In this document: positions 12,154-24,648 of the stretch, in pieces
Layout of the letters: the number at the start of each line of letters is the position of its first letter
Position numbering within the stretch: position 1 is the stretch's first letter
From: Fistulifera solaris
Lineage: Eukaryota
Reading direction: 5' to 3'
Length of the DNA: 64,000 nt
NCBI GenBank assembly: GCA_030295235.1
Contig: AP026142.1
Location: forward strand, 744,001-808,000
The notes under the pieces: model-generated
Told to the model about the DNA's origin: nothing
Databases searched by the model: none
The model's input: the letters and a program-made list of their open reading frames with translations, nothing else
Program-made: the position numbers and the translations under genes

Positions 12154-13533
12154 ATGAAATTCCTGCTGTTTGTCTACATCGCTTTTGCAACAGGAGCTTG
12201 CGCTTTTGCACCGCAATCAAATGATGATTCAATGTCTTCTTCGGTCAGGCGACGCACCTCGGCCGTTCTTCCAGTCTCCAGCAACCGCAACAACAACTCA
12301 TTTGACATGGCGAAACCCGTCTTTGATTTGTTTTCGCTACGATCAATTCGTGGCGATGCTCTCTTCGCGATACAATACGAGCTCAATCAAAGCGAACCGC
12401 TCCGTATCAATCTATACGCCTTGTTGGCTGTTACTCTCTTTTCTGCTCCAGTGATCAGTGAAAGTGTCGGCGGAGAATCTCTAGACACAGTACAAACAAT
12501 AACATCAATATGTAGTGGCATAATAAGTACAGGACTATTCGTACAAGAATGTCAAAGGCGATCGAATCAGCTAAATCGCATGGAAAAGAATTGAACGCCA
12601 AGAATCTGCAAATACGAGTTGCAGCCAATGTGTGGTCGGATCGACCCTACAAAAAACCACAAACGCTTCGAAAACTGCGACAATCATCATATCCACCACG
12701 AATCTTGGCTTTGTCGGGAACAGCTTTGGAATTAAATACTGCATTATCAGAGCTTCGTGTCCTGGGACGACGGCTGCAGCAGAGTTTGACCTATGTCGTT
12801 CTGGTTCCGCTGAGATGCTCCACTCCACCTGTCGTTCCAAGCAAGTTGGCTAGCGGAACCATACAATATAGACGAATGGAAGGGATACTTTAACGATTTG
12901 TCGGCCGACGATCGAGTTTCGATGGTTTGGACTGAACTTCAATGGTAGATCGTTTGGTTCCGGTTCGGGTGAATCTCCTCAATGGCTAGAATTGTTAGGG
13001 CAATATCTTCGACCTACTAACTTGTTGGATCAAGAAATGGAACCCGAGGATCCCTCCGATGCGGATTGTGCGTCGGTGCTTCAAGCACAGAAAGCATTTT
13101 ATGCGGCATTGACCAGGGGGGGATATAGACGCCATGAATGCTATCTATTTCTTTGGCTTTTCTCAGCAAGTAACTGATGTAGTTAATGCCGGAGGCCGTA
13201 TTGATTCTTGGAAAGATTGTCTCATGGATGGGGCTCGACCCGAAGGAATGCGGATAGCAGGTAGCGATGCTTGTATCCTATCCGATAAGGAAGCTTACAG
13301 CACAGTTATCGAATTTCCATCTGGCACCGGTAGCAATACAGCTACACTTCTGGCAGTACAAAAGTGGGTGCGATCTTCAGAGACGATCAATGGAAATTGC
13401 AACTGCATCAGACCATTCCGTGGAGTCGCGATACCAGTGCACAAGGAACATTGAGATGCGACTGTCGTGGTTGTGTAGCTTTGATGCGTTCCTTCGAATG
13501 AAGCACGTTTGGCGGACTTGTTGGCTATACTGA
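12154..13533 (+). pseudogene. Plastid-targeted LPA1/DUF3493-like protein with a C-terminal SnoaL/NTF2-like domain, broken by multiple frameshifts
   Basis: Presequence ACA-FAP. ELNQSEPLRINLY followed by two TM helices. C-terminal SVLQAQKAFYAALT..., AYSTVIEF and LLAVQKW. The coding signal changes frame at least 4 times. Could be an intact gene with assembly indels. Confidence 0.55.
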
Positions 13534-14287
13534 TTAGTGAGACGACTTTGCATGAATTTCTTCTATTGTAAGCGATCCTTAAAAAGCTCTACTCCAATAG
13601 TCGGAAACAAAACGAATAGGAAAGGTGATGCTCAGGGCGTTTGCCAGGTATTGAACTCTCGCCGACCCCCATCGCTGAATAGTCGCCCTAGCGATACTGT
13701 ACAAAGTATGCTTGGCGTCAATGTCAACTTAGTCCAGCTTTCGTCGAATACCAATACCTTCGAGCTTTACAGCATTGACAGAATTGACTCGTATTAATTT
13801 TTTGGCATTTTGTGACGATTTTGTTGTCGGCGCTAGCGCGGGTTGGGCGACCTGGCACTGTGCGTGATACATTCGTGTACCTCTCTAGTAAATGACTAGG
13901 ACTCTGGGACCTCGAAAATTTTTGATTGTATTTTGTACTTAGTATAGTCGTTTCACTAATAAGATTTCTGATAGGAAAGCGCCTTTTACGTTTCACCACG
14001 TATGCAATTTCATAGTGAACGTTCATTTCGCCAAGATTTTATTTTCATTCTTCATGTAGAGTAAAAAATAGAATAGCGTGTTGAGTAATACCGGCGTGGC
14101 CGGAATCTCCCTGAACGTCGAATTTTTATCTCGAACTCACACTGTTCAACGTCTTTCGAGTTCTGCATTCTGCAACAAGGAAAGAAGAAAGAATTCTTGA
14201 GCGAAATAAGGAACAAATACAACGACGTCCGTCTATCCTTTATTTTTCTTCCGTCTTTGAAAAAGAGAGTTCGACTTGTTGGAAATC

Positions 14288-15020
14288 ATGTTATCGACTT
14301 CCCCTCGTGATGTTCAGTCGCTCTTAGAACATGACAAGATTGATGCCTCTTCTAAGGAGGATACCCCATTTTTGAACGAGTTCTTGAGAGATCTACCTTT
14401 GCAATTTGTCAACGGAAGAAAGAACTGTCTCGTGGTTTCAAGGATCCCATTAGCGAGCTTTTTAGGTAAGCTAATCTTCTATGCTACTCCCTAAGGGACT
14501 TCAATGGCTGAATCACTCAAACGGTCCAACTCGTTTATTTTTTCGTTTGCTCTTTAGAAAACTTCATTTGCACCAAAGTGACTGGATAAAGTACTGTCAT
14601 TGGGATTCTTCCCGTCCTTATACACGCAACTTAGTTGCTACAGATCACGAAACGTACACACTCTTGTTGTTGTGCTGGAATCCGGGCCAGGCGAGTCCTA
14701 TTCACGATCATCCCTGCGATGGATGTTGGATGCGCGTCTTGCAAGGTTGTGTGCACGAAGAGCGATTTGTCAAGTCAGTGGTCGATCATCGCACCATGCA
14801 TTGCACGCGCAATGAACTGTATTCCGCTGGTGAATTGTTGTACATGGAAGACAGCATGGGCTATCATCGTGTGGGCAATCCTTCGGCCGACGAATTGGCG
14901 GTGACTCTGCATTTGTACTGTCCTCCGTATCACCAATGCAAAATCTGGGCCGATATTGAACAGTCGGAACCGATGATCGGTCAAATTAGTCACTATACGG
15001 AGTACGGAAGGAAAGTCTAA
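14288..15020 (+). CDS. CDO1: Cysteine dioxygenase type I (cupin)
   Basis: YTRNLV, LLLLCWNPGQASPIHDH..GCWMRVLQG, MGYHRVGNPS and AVTLHLYCPPY. Intron 14466-14557. Exon 1 needs one extra base (T-run near 14398-14400) to join in frame. Confidence 0.9.
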
Positions 15021-15118
15021 TGACTTTTCGCCGTCTCGGGAATTTTTGTAAACTTAAACAATAGACGATAAAATGACGTAAATATATACAGAATAGTTCC
15101 AGCAAATATTGAGAGTTC

Positions 15119-15709
15119 CTAGACGACATTTTCTTGTTGTGATTCCTCTAAACCAGCTGTCGATGGCTTATACAACGTGTCGGCATTGGGAACACAGCAA
15201 CTCAAAAAGACATGTCCACAACCGGCTCCCAACCAGGCCAATCCGGTAGCCCAATCCAATCCTTTCACTGCAGTGGTTTCATCCTTCCACATACCGATGC
15301 ACAAGAATGCAATAAAAATCAAATAGAATCCCTTTCCTTTTAAACCGTACATGAAGCCAAAATTCTTTCGGAATGTCTTGTTGATGCTGGGTACAGGCTG
15401 CCACCACGCAAACTCGTACATCGCTAAGAGTACCGCAAAGACGACCATGTAAATCGCCAAGAATGCTTCCGTCACGTCGTTGAGCTCCTTAAAATCCATC
15501 TCAATTAACGAAAGTAAACCCAAAGCAGCCATCATGGCGGCGAGACCTAAATCAAGTAAAGACAAAGCGGCGATCCAGCATTTCGTCTTTTCTCTATAGA
15601 AAAGTAGAATGAGTCGAAAGTAAGACACGAAGAAATGCTGAGTAGGTAGCCATGCAAACCCGCACTCACCGTTCAGGTCGTCCACCTCCGCTGGATACGC
15701 CGGTAGCAT
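15119..15709 (-). CDS. COPI-associated/Golgi membrane protein (TVP15-like)
   Basis: Multi-TM protein with the motif FRKNFGFMYGLKGKGFYLIFIAFL. Short exon 1 (MLPAYPAEVDDLN), then an intron starting GTGAGT at 15669. Confidence 0.7.
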   Translation of the reverse strand: MLPAYPAEVDDLNGECGFAWLPTQHFFVSYFRLILLFYREKTKCWIAALSLLDLGLAAMMAALGLLSLIEMDFKELNDVTEAFLAIYMVVFAVLLAMYEFAWWQPVPSINKTFRKNFGFMYGLKGKGFYLIFIAFLCIGMWKDETTAVKGLDWATGLAWLGAGCGHVFLSCCVPNADTLYKPSTAGLEESQQENVV

Positions 15710-16218
15710 TGTTGTTGTTGCTGCTGCCTGTATTGACAGTGACCATGTTATTGCTGGCCGATGTATTACCGGGACTCGCCCAATCAGGTTCTCCGTACGG
15801 CGGCATGATTTGTTAGACTGAATAGAGTCAAAAACTCGATTGATGAAATAACAACACAATGATATTCAAGCTGCGGCTGCTCTCAACGATTGAGTCTTTC
15901 TTTTGCGCTCTTTCGTTTCGTCATGGCCGGAAGAGCCGTTCGTGCGGCTCATGGACGACAAGCGGTACTCGGATGGAAACGGAGTATAGAAGTGAGTGTA
16001 AAATGGATTTGCTGGGCCCTGAAGTAATCTCTCAACGGTCTTTCCGTTGAAGTCTCTCAGTGTCTAAATATTTTCTCGACGGGCGCTAAGAACACGTTTG
16101 CTTCGTCGGTCGAGCGTCACCTTCATTCATCAAATTCTCATCAACAACAACAAAGGTGTTGCACGAAACGATCCATAAAGCGTAATCAATACAACAATAC
16201 AAGCCACAAACACTCATT

Positions 16219-17002
16219 ATGACCCATGTGTTGCATTCGTTCTCGCCCAAATTTGACGGCATTCAGCGCGATCATGTCGAAGCACTCATTCACGATTTTC
16301 GTCGCGAACAAGAGCAGCAGATGAAGAACATTCAAATGGAAGCGGATAAGCAGAAACAGCGACAGAAACAATTGCACGCTACAGAAATGGTCCGTATTCC
16401 GAAAACAATCAAACAAATGTCGGTGGATGACTTTAATTTGTTGTATCAGTGCGATTTATTGCAAATGATTCGTGAAACGGAAGGAGTTGCGGCGACCAAC
16501 AGCGTTCTGCCGGCTGGTTTGCAAACTCCGTCCTTTAAATCGAAAATGAAACTCGAGACGCCCTCTCGAACGATTCGACGTGGTGAAGGTATCTAGTAAG
16601 TCGAAGCGATGGGATGAGAGTTGCTTTTATATCAACATTCGCCTCACGACAAAATTGCAGTTCCTCGAACGGATCTCCTTTGGAAAAAGAAGATGATAAA
16701 GAAGATGTTTTACTTACAGTTACCAAAAAGAAACGACATGATGCTACCACTGGGGAAGAAGAGGACGATTTGAATCTCGTAGTGGGTGGAGTCCCCACGA
16801 GTCTGACACACGAAAACATTCAACTCATGCCACACAACGTCCAAAATGAAGCTTACACGAACTTGAAGAAAATGTAAGTGCATTTGCTGTTTTGCTTTGA
16901 ACTTCTAATCGACGTTGTCTCTCACCAGATCCATCGTTCTCATACAACAGGCACGAAAACATTGGAAAGTTGTTGCAGCAATTCGAACAAAACACTGCTT
17001 AG
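16219..17002 (+). CDS. Borealin/Nbl1-like chromosomal passenger complex subunit
   Basis: N-terminal helix LIHDFRREQEQQ...EMVRIPKTIKQMSVDDF. After splicing (introns 16596-16660 and 16874-16950) it reads RTIRRGEGIYSSNGSPL, resembling the Borealin C-terminal motif. Stop TAG at 17000-17002. Confidence 0.7.
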
Positions 17003-17442
17003 ATTTTCCTCTGCGTCCATCGCGATATGGAGTCATCTTTACGAGGAATCTGAAATTACTCTTAATTCATCACTTTTAGCTGTTCATTAAGACCTGAAAC
17101 AGGTTCGTTTGTTTTGTTATCCAAATCCGTTCTGTCGTAGTAAGCAAAAGAGCCGTCTCGCAACGAGACACTATTTCCGTGACGACCGATACTAAAATAA
17201 GGTGTAATCATTCAACCACATACTCTCTGCTTTGAAATGAAAGGAGACACATTCCAATGAGGAGATAACGATAAGTAGTTTGATGCGCCAAAAGAGGCAA
17301 ACGCCGTAAATTTCGTATCGTTTCAAAACGTTACGACACAAACGCGCAGGGTATGAGAAGATAATAAGCGGCCAAACTTTCTTTGTATCTTTTCGGCAAA
17401 TCCGAGGAGACTAAAAACAGTTAGTTCGTTTTAGCTACACTT

Positions 17443-18056
17443 TCATTTTCGCTGCATGCGTTCTCGTTCACGATCTTTCTTTTCCAACTCGAATTTCCGA
17501 TGATCGACTCTCCCTAAAAAGTCCTGTCGCTTTAGGAATGCTGCTTTCGATTCTGCTTGCTCTTCTAATTTGTCTCCTAAACCCGTTTGTTCCTTAAACT
17601 GACCCCAATCGGCGTGTGTCTTGGCGACCGTGGTTATTGTTTGTGGGCCTGACAGTTCCTGCAGCAAATTCTGCACTCCGCCTTTTCTCGGTGCTGTTAC
17701 CGCTTGAGATTTGAAAGCCGCACTAAGAGCAGGTTGCGGTACAGTCGAAGAGGTAGAGGGTTTCGAAGTTTTGTAGTACTGAGGTTTGCGAACGACTTTT
17801 ATTTCTTTCTTTTGCAATGTGGGGTTTTTCAACAGTATTTGTGCGGCTGTTTCGGGGCCAAAAATCTCACAAAGAATGTTTTCTTGTCGCGATGATGATA
17901 ATTTTGAGTCACTCGTTTCTCCGTGATGCAATGCGAAATGGGTGCCCCAAGGATAGCCAAAAGTTTCTCGAAAGCTCGATTGACGGCTTCTTCTTGTATG
18001 CCGCTTAAAGCCAAGTGGGCACCAGCGCTCCTCTTTTGCTCTTTTTCTTGCATCAT
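17443..18056 (-). CDS. BCNT-domain protein (CFDP1/SWC5-like, SWR1 complex)
   Basis: C-terminal TTVAKTHADWGQFKEQTGLGDKLEEQ..AFLKRQDFLGRVDHRKFELEKKDR. The N-terminus (MMQEKEQK...AFEKL) joins FGYPWGTHF only if one base is added in the run at 17959-17962. Confidence 0.8.
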
Positions 18057-18220
18057 TCCTCGCACCAGCGTTTGACAATAATAGAAAAAGACAACACAGC
18101 AGTCAACCGCGTATTTAATAATAGGACGACGGCTATGTTATTTGACATGTTTGACACGAGATAAAAAGCGGCGTACAACTAGCGACTCATGACCAAAAAT
18201 CCAGTCATGGTGGAACTAAC

Positions 18221-18623
18221 GTCGTTTGTAACTATGTCTCTACACTCATTTAATGGCGTTCATGAAATAATAGCATGCATAGACATCAATGACAATTATT
18301 GAAAACTAACTTCAAGTGCTTGTCGTTTGTGATTAGGTCTCTACACTCATTTAAAAGCGTTCTTCAAATGATAGCATGCATAGACACTAATATACATTAT
18401 GGAAAAACTAACTTCAAGGGCTTGTCGTTTGTGATTAGGTCTCTACACTCATTTAAAAGCGTTCATCAAATGATAGCATGCATAGACACTAATATACATT
18501 ATGGAAAAATAACTTCAAGGGCTTGTCGTTTGTGATTTGGTCTCTACACTCATTTAAAAGCGTTCATCAAATAATAGCATGCATAGACACTAATGTACAT
18601 TATGGAAAACTAACTTCAAAGGC
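18221..18623. repeat. Tandem array of 4 copies of a 101-102 bp unit
   Basis: Units start GTCGTTTGT at 18221, 18322, 18424 and 18525. They share TCTCTACACTCATTTAA, ATAGCATGCATAGACA and AACTTCAA. There are no unique spacers. Confidence 0.95.
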
Positions 18624-18643
18624 CTTTGCAAAGGAAGGCAAAC

Positions 18644-21267
18644 TTATGCCGTCGGAGAGTCGGTTGTCCCTTCCGTCGGAGTTTCCTCTTCTATCACAGT
18701 TGTTACGGGAGCCGGCGACATTGCGGTTGGCACCGACGATGTTGTGGCACCTTGGACTGGGCTGGGGGCCTCGATCAAATTGGGCGCTCCTTCGGGTATA
18801 ATGATAAGGACTGGGCTGGGAGCCTGGATCAAAGACGGCGCTCCTTCCGAACCTGCGGAGGGTGGTCTAGCTGGTGCCAAGGCAGGGGCCGGTTCAGGTG
18901 CAATAGGCGACACTGGAACTGCAACAGGCGCCGACACGGGTGTAGGCGGATCGTAGTTCGGAATGGGTTGCGCAACAGGCGGCCGTACCGGTGACCATTC
19001 CACTTTGGGCAAAGCGGGTTTTAGTTGTGGCGGCAAATACGGGGCCAAGATTGCTATTTGGGATGGAACCAAATTTAAGGTAGGTTGCAGTATTGGTTGC
19101 TGTAGAATCGTCGGAATAGTAGGAATTGAAGGCGCAAGGGCCGGAGGAGCATTCGATGCATACACAGGGAGTTGCGCTGGTACTGAGAATGGAGGAATAA
19201 TGGTTGGCGGATGACGAACTGGCATTCGTGTTGGAGCTGGAAATCCGTCTTCAGGCACCGTTATTAAGATGGGTGATGGTACTGGGGCTAGCGCTGGTGC
19301 TTGCACAGGCGCATTGACCGGCGGGTTCAATCCAAAAGTGGGAGCTGGCGTCCCTGAACCTGCTGTTGGAGTGACAGGAGCGACTGCGGGTTTGGTTGTG
19401 GAAATCACTTGCGGTGCCGTAGGGACAACCGGTGTAGGAAATAGGACCGGTGTTACCGGAACAGCCGGTTGCGCTTGCGGAGAGCTTTGTGGTGCCGGAA
19501 TCATTTCTGGTGTTGGTACGTTCGGCAGAGTCGGCGTTGTTTGCGGCGTAGGGACCGTTTGCGTGGTAGGCATCGTTGGCACTGTCTGTGGCATAGGTAC
19601 TGTGGGCACGGACTGCGTTGTAGGCACTGTCGGTATTGTTTGCGGAGAAGGCACTGTTGCTACAGTTGGCAAACTCGGTAGAGTCGGCACTGCCTGCGAA
19701 GTAGGCGCCATCGGTAAACTTGGTGATGTGGGAGTCACGGGGACCGTAGGAACAGTGAACACCGGTGCTGCTAAGGGTGGAAGCACTGGAGTAGCAACCG
19801 GTGAAGGTGCCACGGCAGACGTTGGAACCGAGACAGGCAAAGAAGGCAGATTCGGCATGACGCCACTCGTTGGAGTTGCCAAGAGACTAGGGGCAGTCAC
19901 GACAGTTGGTAGCATCGCAGCCACAGGACCTGCTGCAACGGGAGCAGCAGCGGGTGCCACGAGAGAGCAGTCTGGAACGCAACAACTGCATGCAACAGTT
20001 GCGCAATCGACTAGCAACACGACACCCTCCGTACACCACGTGTCTGGAATGGTGCCGTACAATTGATTTCCCTCTAAATTCAGATACTTCATTTGCTTGA
20101 GATGCTTCAATTGCTCAGGAATGGAATCGACTAAATGATTCCTACTCAAATCCAAAACTTCCAGAGGCAGCAAGGCAACTTCCGGTGGAATTGTCCCTAG
20201 CAATTGATTGTTGCTCAAACGCAATGCTGCAACGTTCATGCCATCATTATCACCCTTGCCTTCGGGCTGCATTAATCTTCTTCGCTGAATTTGCGAAGAT
20301 GGTTTGCAGGTTACACCATGCCACGAACATACCGACAAACCGCTATACCAGTTCGTGTTATTCGTCCAGCGACTTCCTTGCATACTTTCGTACAGCACTA
20401 AAAGAGCGTACGTCGTTACTAGATCTTCTCCCGGATACAAATTTCTTCGGGAGACCACGGTGCGAAACGCATTTGATTGCGGTGTACCGGGCCGATCCAT
20501 ACTTTCACCTTGATCGAATGTCAGGGGCCGTAAATATTCGGCTAAGACGCGATTGCGATCCGTGGTAGGGGCAGCAGTCGGAGCAAAGGTAGGCGAGAGA
20601 GTCGGGCGCTGCGTAGGCAAGGGAGTAGAAGGCGCTATGGTGGGCTGCGGAGAAAATGTCGGAACCGCCAGAAGTTCATCTGTATCCGGTTTTATTAATA
20701 CCAAACGTGTAACCAGAATTGCCGCGAGAATGGCCGCTATAGCTAAGCAAACAACCATTCCCAAATTGCGTTTCTGATGCCCCGGTTTCTCGGCTTGAAT
20801 GTGACTAGCTTGTACCGCATTTTGTAAAATACGACCGCGAATTTCCGATTCCAGGTCTTCATTCGAAATAGCAATCGCTGTTGTTGTGTATGAACCTTCG
20901 TAAGACGGCTGCTCTTGATCATCTTGTTGCGAGCCAGATTGTGAAGGTTCTTCTATATCCTGCGTCTCATTGGAAGTACTTGTTGAGCCAATAATTGATA
21001 CAGCACCAGGAGATTGCAGTAAATAACCCTTTGTTCATGGATAGAAACGTTTCTTTGTAAAGGAGGAGGCATTGCTGCCGCTTTTTCGTCTAAACAATCA
21101 TCGAGAGAGATTCTTTCACTCTGGAAGGATGCCGGGGACGTTGGTGCTGGTACTGGTTCTACGGGCTCAAAGAGACTCGTAGGATCTGTTAATTGCGACA
21201 CTATGGAATAAGATCCGCTCACCAAACGTTCCGGTGGTGGCAATTCTTTTGCTTCTTGCTCTTTCAT
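18644..21267 (-). CDS. Type II membrane LRR protein with a long Pro/Thr/Val-rich C-terminal stalk
   Basis: Cytosolic N-terminus from ~21267 (frameshifted), TM GMVVCLAIAAILAAILVT, LRR cap WTNNTNWYSGLSVCSWHGVTC and LRRs (LSNNQLLGTIP, LEGNQLYGTIP). Cys cap VDCATVACSCC, then ~430 aa rich in P/T/V/A. Confidence 0.8.
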
Positions 21268-22677
21268 AATTCATGCAGTGATTGTGGATTGTTCGTGTGC
21301 AAATGAATGTCTCTGCGATACAATGGCAACGCAAGGATGAAAAAGATCTTGAGTGCTCCGTTATCAAGTGAAAATCGAAAGCAAGATGGCGTTGCGCGCA
21401 CCTTTATTTTAAACAACACTCAAAAACAATAAATACGGTGCGCATTTCGCTCTTTGCTGGGAGTGGCACTATCCAGTACACAACTGTATTATCTTACCAG
21501 TAGGTTTAATATCGGGGCACGGCTATTCGTGTTTCTGAGCGGTTTTACTGTAAAGACGTGAATGTTCTATTTCCATTGGCATCTCCCATTCTTCCTCCGA
21601 ATTCGTTTGGGCCTATCAGACTTTTCTCGTGTTTTGATAAGAAACTGTACTTGATTTCTTAGAGCATTTAATTGGGGCTATTCTTTATGTGTATCCAGCT
21701 GGCACAGCCATTTTTGGCGTTGAGACTTAACATTCTTATTCACAAATTCTCCTCCGCTTTTCAACGGAAATTCTACTAGGTTAGACCCGGTTCGAGAAAA
21801 ATTTCAAAAAGTACAAATAGGCTTTGCCGGCGTTTTTGCTTTCCACTTTCTTCGTATCAGCACATTCCAAACCGTACAGTACCTGCTCCCTTTTCTTGAA
21901 ATAATGTGTACTGGTAATACTCCGTACGAGAAAACAAGCAATCACGCGACAAGCAGTCACGAGTAAAACCATGTTCCCGGGTACCAGTACCGGTACCGGT
22001 ACCAGGTACTTGTACAAGTCAAAAAAAATTTTAAGCACCATGCGGGGTATCGGTAAAAACGTCAAAACTTCATTTTTTACAAACAGATCGAGCAAAAAAC
22101 AACAGCATTTCAAACGGATCATTACAGGAATTGCTAGGCGTTAATGTTAGAGCTATGTAAGCATTATTACAGTGACTAGAGCGGAGAAGACTCTCTCGGT
22201 AGGTCCCATGTCATTGAATCTAATGAAAAGAGGGAGGATCGCATATCAGGTTACAAGCGAGCAACGTCACAAACCTCGCCATAACATTCAGTGGAATAAA
22301 ATCTCAAGTATTTGTTTCCGGATCTTGCTCATGTTCGAACTCTATTCGTGGGTTCCGGGAACCATCTCTTTGGGCGATACCTGGTAGTGGATTATCGACA
22401 TCGACGCAAAAAAAGCAGTGCAATTTATTTGTTAAAGCAACCAATGTTTTGGCTTTTCGAATAGACATTCGTAGTCGAGTCACAATTGCTGTCGTTCCCA
22501 CCGATTTCCAAATCCAGATCATGACTGAAAGTCCAGTCGTGGATCCCATAAACCGACTTTGCAAAAGTAATGATTCCGTCAATTATCGACGAGAATGGAG
22601 GATGAATGCTCGGCGATGTTGTGAGCAAGCAACTTTGGTAGAAATCTGAGAGTCACGCATAGACTGGTTCATATCGC

Positions 22678-24022
22678 CTACGGGACGGAAGGAACCAACG
22701 GAGCCATGGTTGTGGAGATATTCACACCATAACAATCTGGAGTACAGCAAGTGCACACTACATGCTCACAGTCGACTTGCAATGTTGCTTCATTCGCACA
22801 TAATTCGGTCGTCAGGCTCCCCGTTAACCAGTTATTAGAAAGATCCAGCACCGTCAATTGACTCCAAATGCGATAGTTCCGGCGGAATCGCATCTACCAA
22901 AGCATTGTTGTGCAGGTCGAATATCTTAAGGGGCAACAGAGTTATTTCCCAAGGCAACGTCCCCACGAGTCGGTTGTTGGCTAAATTGAGACCCACAATG
23001 TTAGTAGCGCCGCTCGCATCCGAAGTTGTATCTTGACAAGAAACTCCATACCACGTGCAGAGCGGTGCATCAGAATTCCAATTGGTGTTGTTGTGCCAGC
23101 TAGCGCCTTGTGTACTTTCGTAGAGCACCATCAATCGATACGCTGTGAGCCAGTCAGTTTGAGGTAGACGCGGCATGGACGCAACCGCTTGCAGTGCCTG
23201 ATATTGGGAAGTTCCTATTTCGTGTTGCAAAGGATCGTGAGCCTCGCTGCTTCGAAAGTATTCAATCACTTGAGCGTGAAACGGAGTGGTGGGTGCCACT
23301 GTAGGATACGACGGAGAAAGTAAAGAAGGAGAACCGTTGAAAGAAGTCGATGATTCCTCACTGGATCGTGTCCATAAAACAACCGTGAGAACAACGGCCG
23401 CAGCCAACAACAGCCCGGCAATAATCATTTTGTTCATTCGAGCAAACAGCTTCTGCGATACATAGTCTTCCGCTTTCAACACTTTTGCCTGTACGGCCGT
23501 TTCTAGAATGCGGAGACGATATTCATCTTCGAGTTCCTTGTCGGAAATAGCAATGGCTGTCGCCATTCTTTCTACTTCGATTGCACAATCAGCTTCCACA
23601 GTATCATCATCGCATGCGATGGTAGAAGGCGTATGCGGTAATTCTCCGATACCACGAACTGCCATGGCACCCGGTGAACTAATAAAGGAAGTGGTCGATG
23701 TTGCCGTATGGCGCATCAGCAATGGAGGAGGCACTTTGGATTTTTCATTGTGTTGTTTGCCCAGCGTATCCTCTGAGAAAACGTGAAGCTTTGGGCTTGT
23801 ATCGCCTGGGTGGGGTTGAAGAATCGAGACACGAATCATCCCTGATTCTTCGCAATCAGTAGAACTCTCGATATTGAGAGATTCTTCATCACCGACTGAA
23901 AGCAACCGATGCGAAGTATGTGAATTCGTTAGTTCAGATATCGCGCTGTCGCCGCTAGCAACTCGCTGCATTGGGGATTTAGGTAAAGCTTTTCGCTTTT
24001 CAAGCACGTCTTCTTTTGTCAT
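22678..24022 (-). CDS. Type II membrane LRR protein (tandem paralogue of 18644-21267)
   Basis: TM IIAGLLLAAAVVLTVVLW, WHNNTNWNSDAPLCTWYGVSC, LANNRLVGTLP. After a frameshift near 22870 it continues LTVLDLSNNWLTGSL and VDCEHVVCTCC. The 3' end is uncertain. Confidence 0.75.
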
Positions 24023-24648
24023 GGTGTGATCGTTCTCCTCTTTGTTGTACTTGTATTGCTTTCGATCGATCCTTTGAACGCATTTTGCAACCAGGCGTTC
24101 TGGATGAAAGGTGGAGGGTGGAATACAAAGTAATGAGGTCGACAGGAACTCAATGGAAACAGGAAACTATACAGTTCAATTCATGCACGATTCGTCCTTC
24201 TGATTGACTACTGACTTTCAAATGACCAAGTAGGAGTCGGTCAAGGGGACTGTGAAGCGAAGTGTGGGAGGTTTCTGCCTTCAAAGACTATACAATATAA
24301 AGTACATGAAGCACATTAGGCTCTTCGTGTCGCAGCGTTGTTGTTGCACAAGCAATCGGAAAACGATCAACGTTAAAAAGTCAAAAAATGCAAGGAAGAA
24401 ATACTCTAAACAGTTGGATCTTCGAAGCTCCTTCCAAGCAGTCAGCGACCAGGTGTGACAATGACAGTTAGTAACGACATTACTTATGCTAGCATAACGG
24501 ATTAGAAGTTAGCATTATCGAAGCGCGAGCTATGGGATAACCTCAGTTCACGGTAAGAGGTCAGAAGAGTAAAGACTGATGAAAATTGAAGAAAGGTGAT
24601 TGGATATTATTCTCTCTGTATTCTTTTTTATCACGAAGGACTTACAAG

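Noticed and set aside
18221..18623. Possible CRISPR array
   Set aside because: Whole units are repeated with no unique spacers, there are no cas genes, and the context is eukaryotic.
19269..20066. 265-aa Gly/Val/Thr-rich plus-strand ORF
   Set aside because: Antisense shadow of the Pro/Thr-rich repeat region of the LRR gene.
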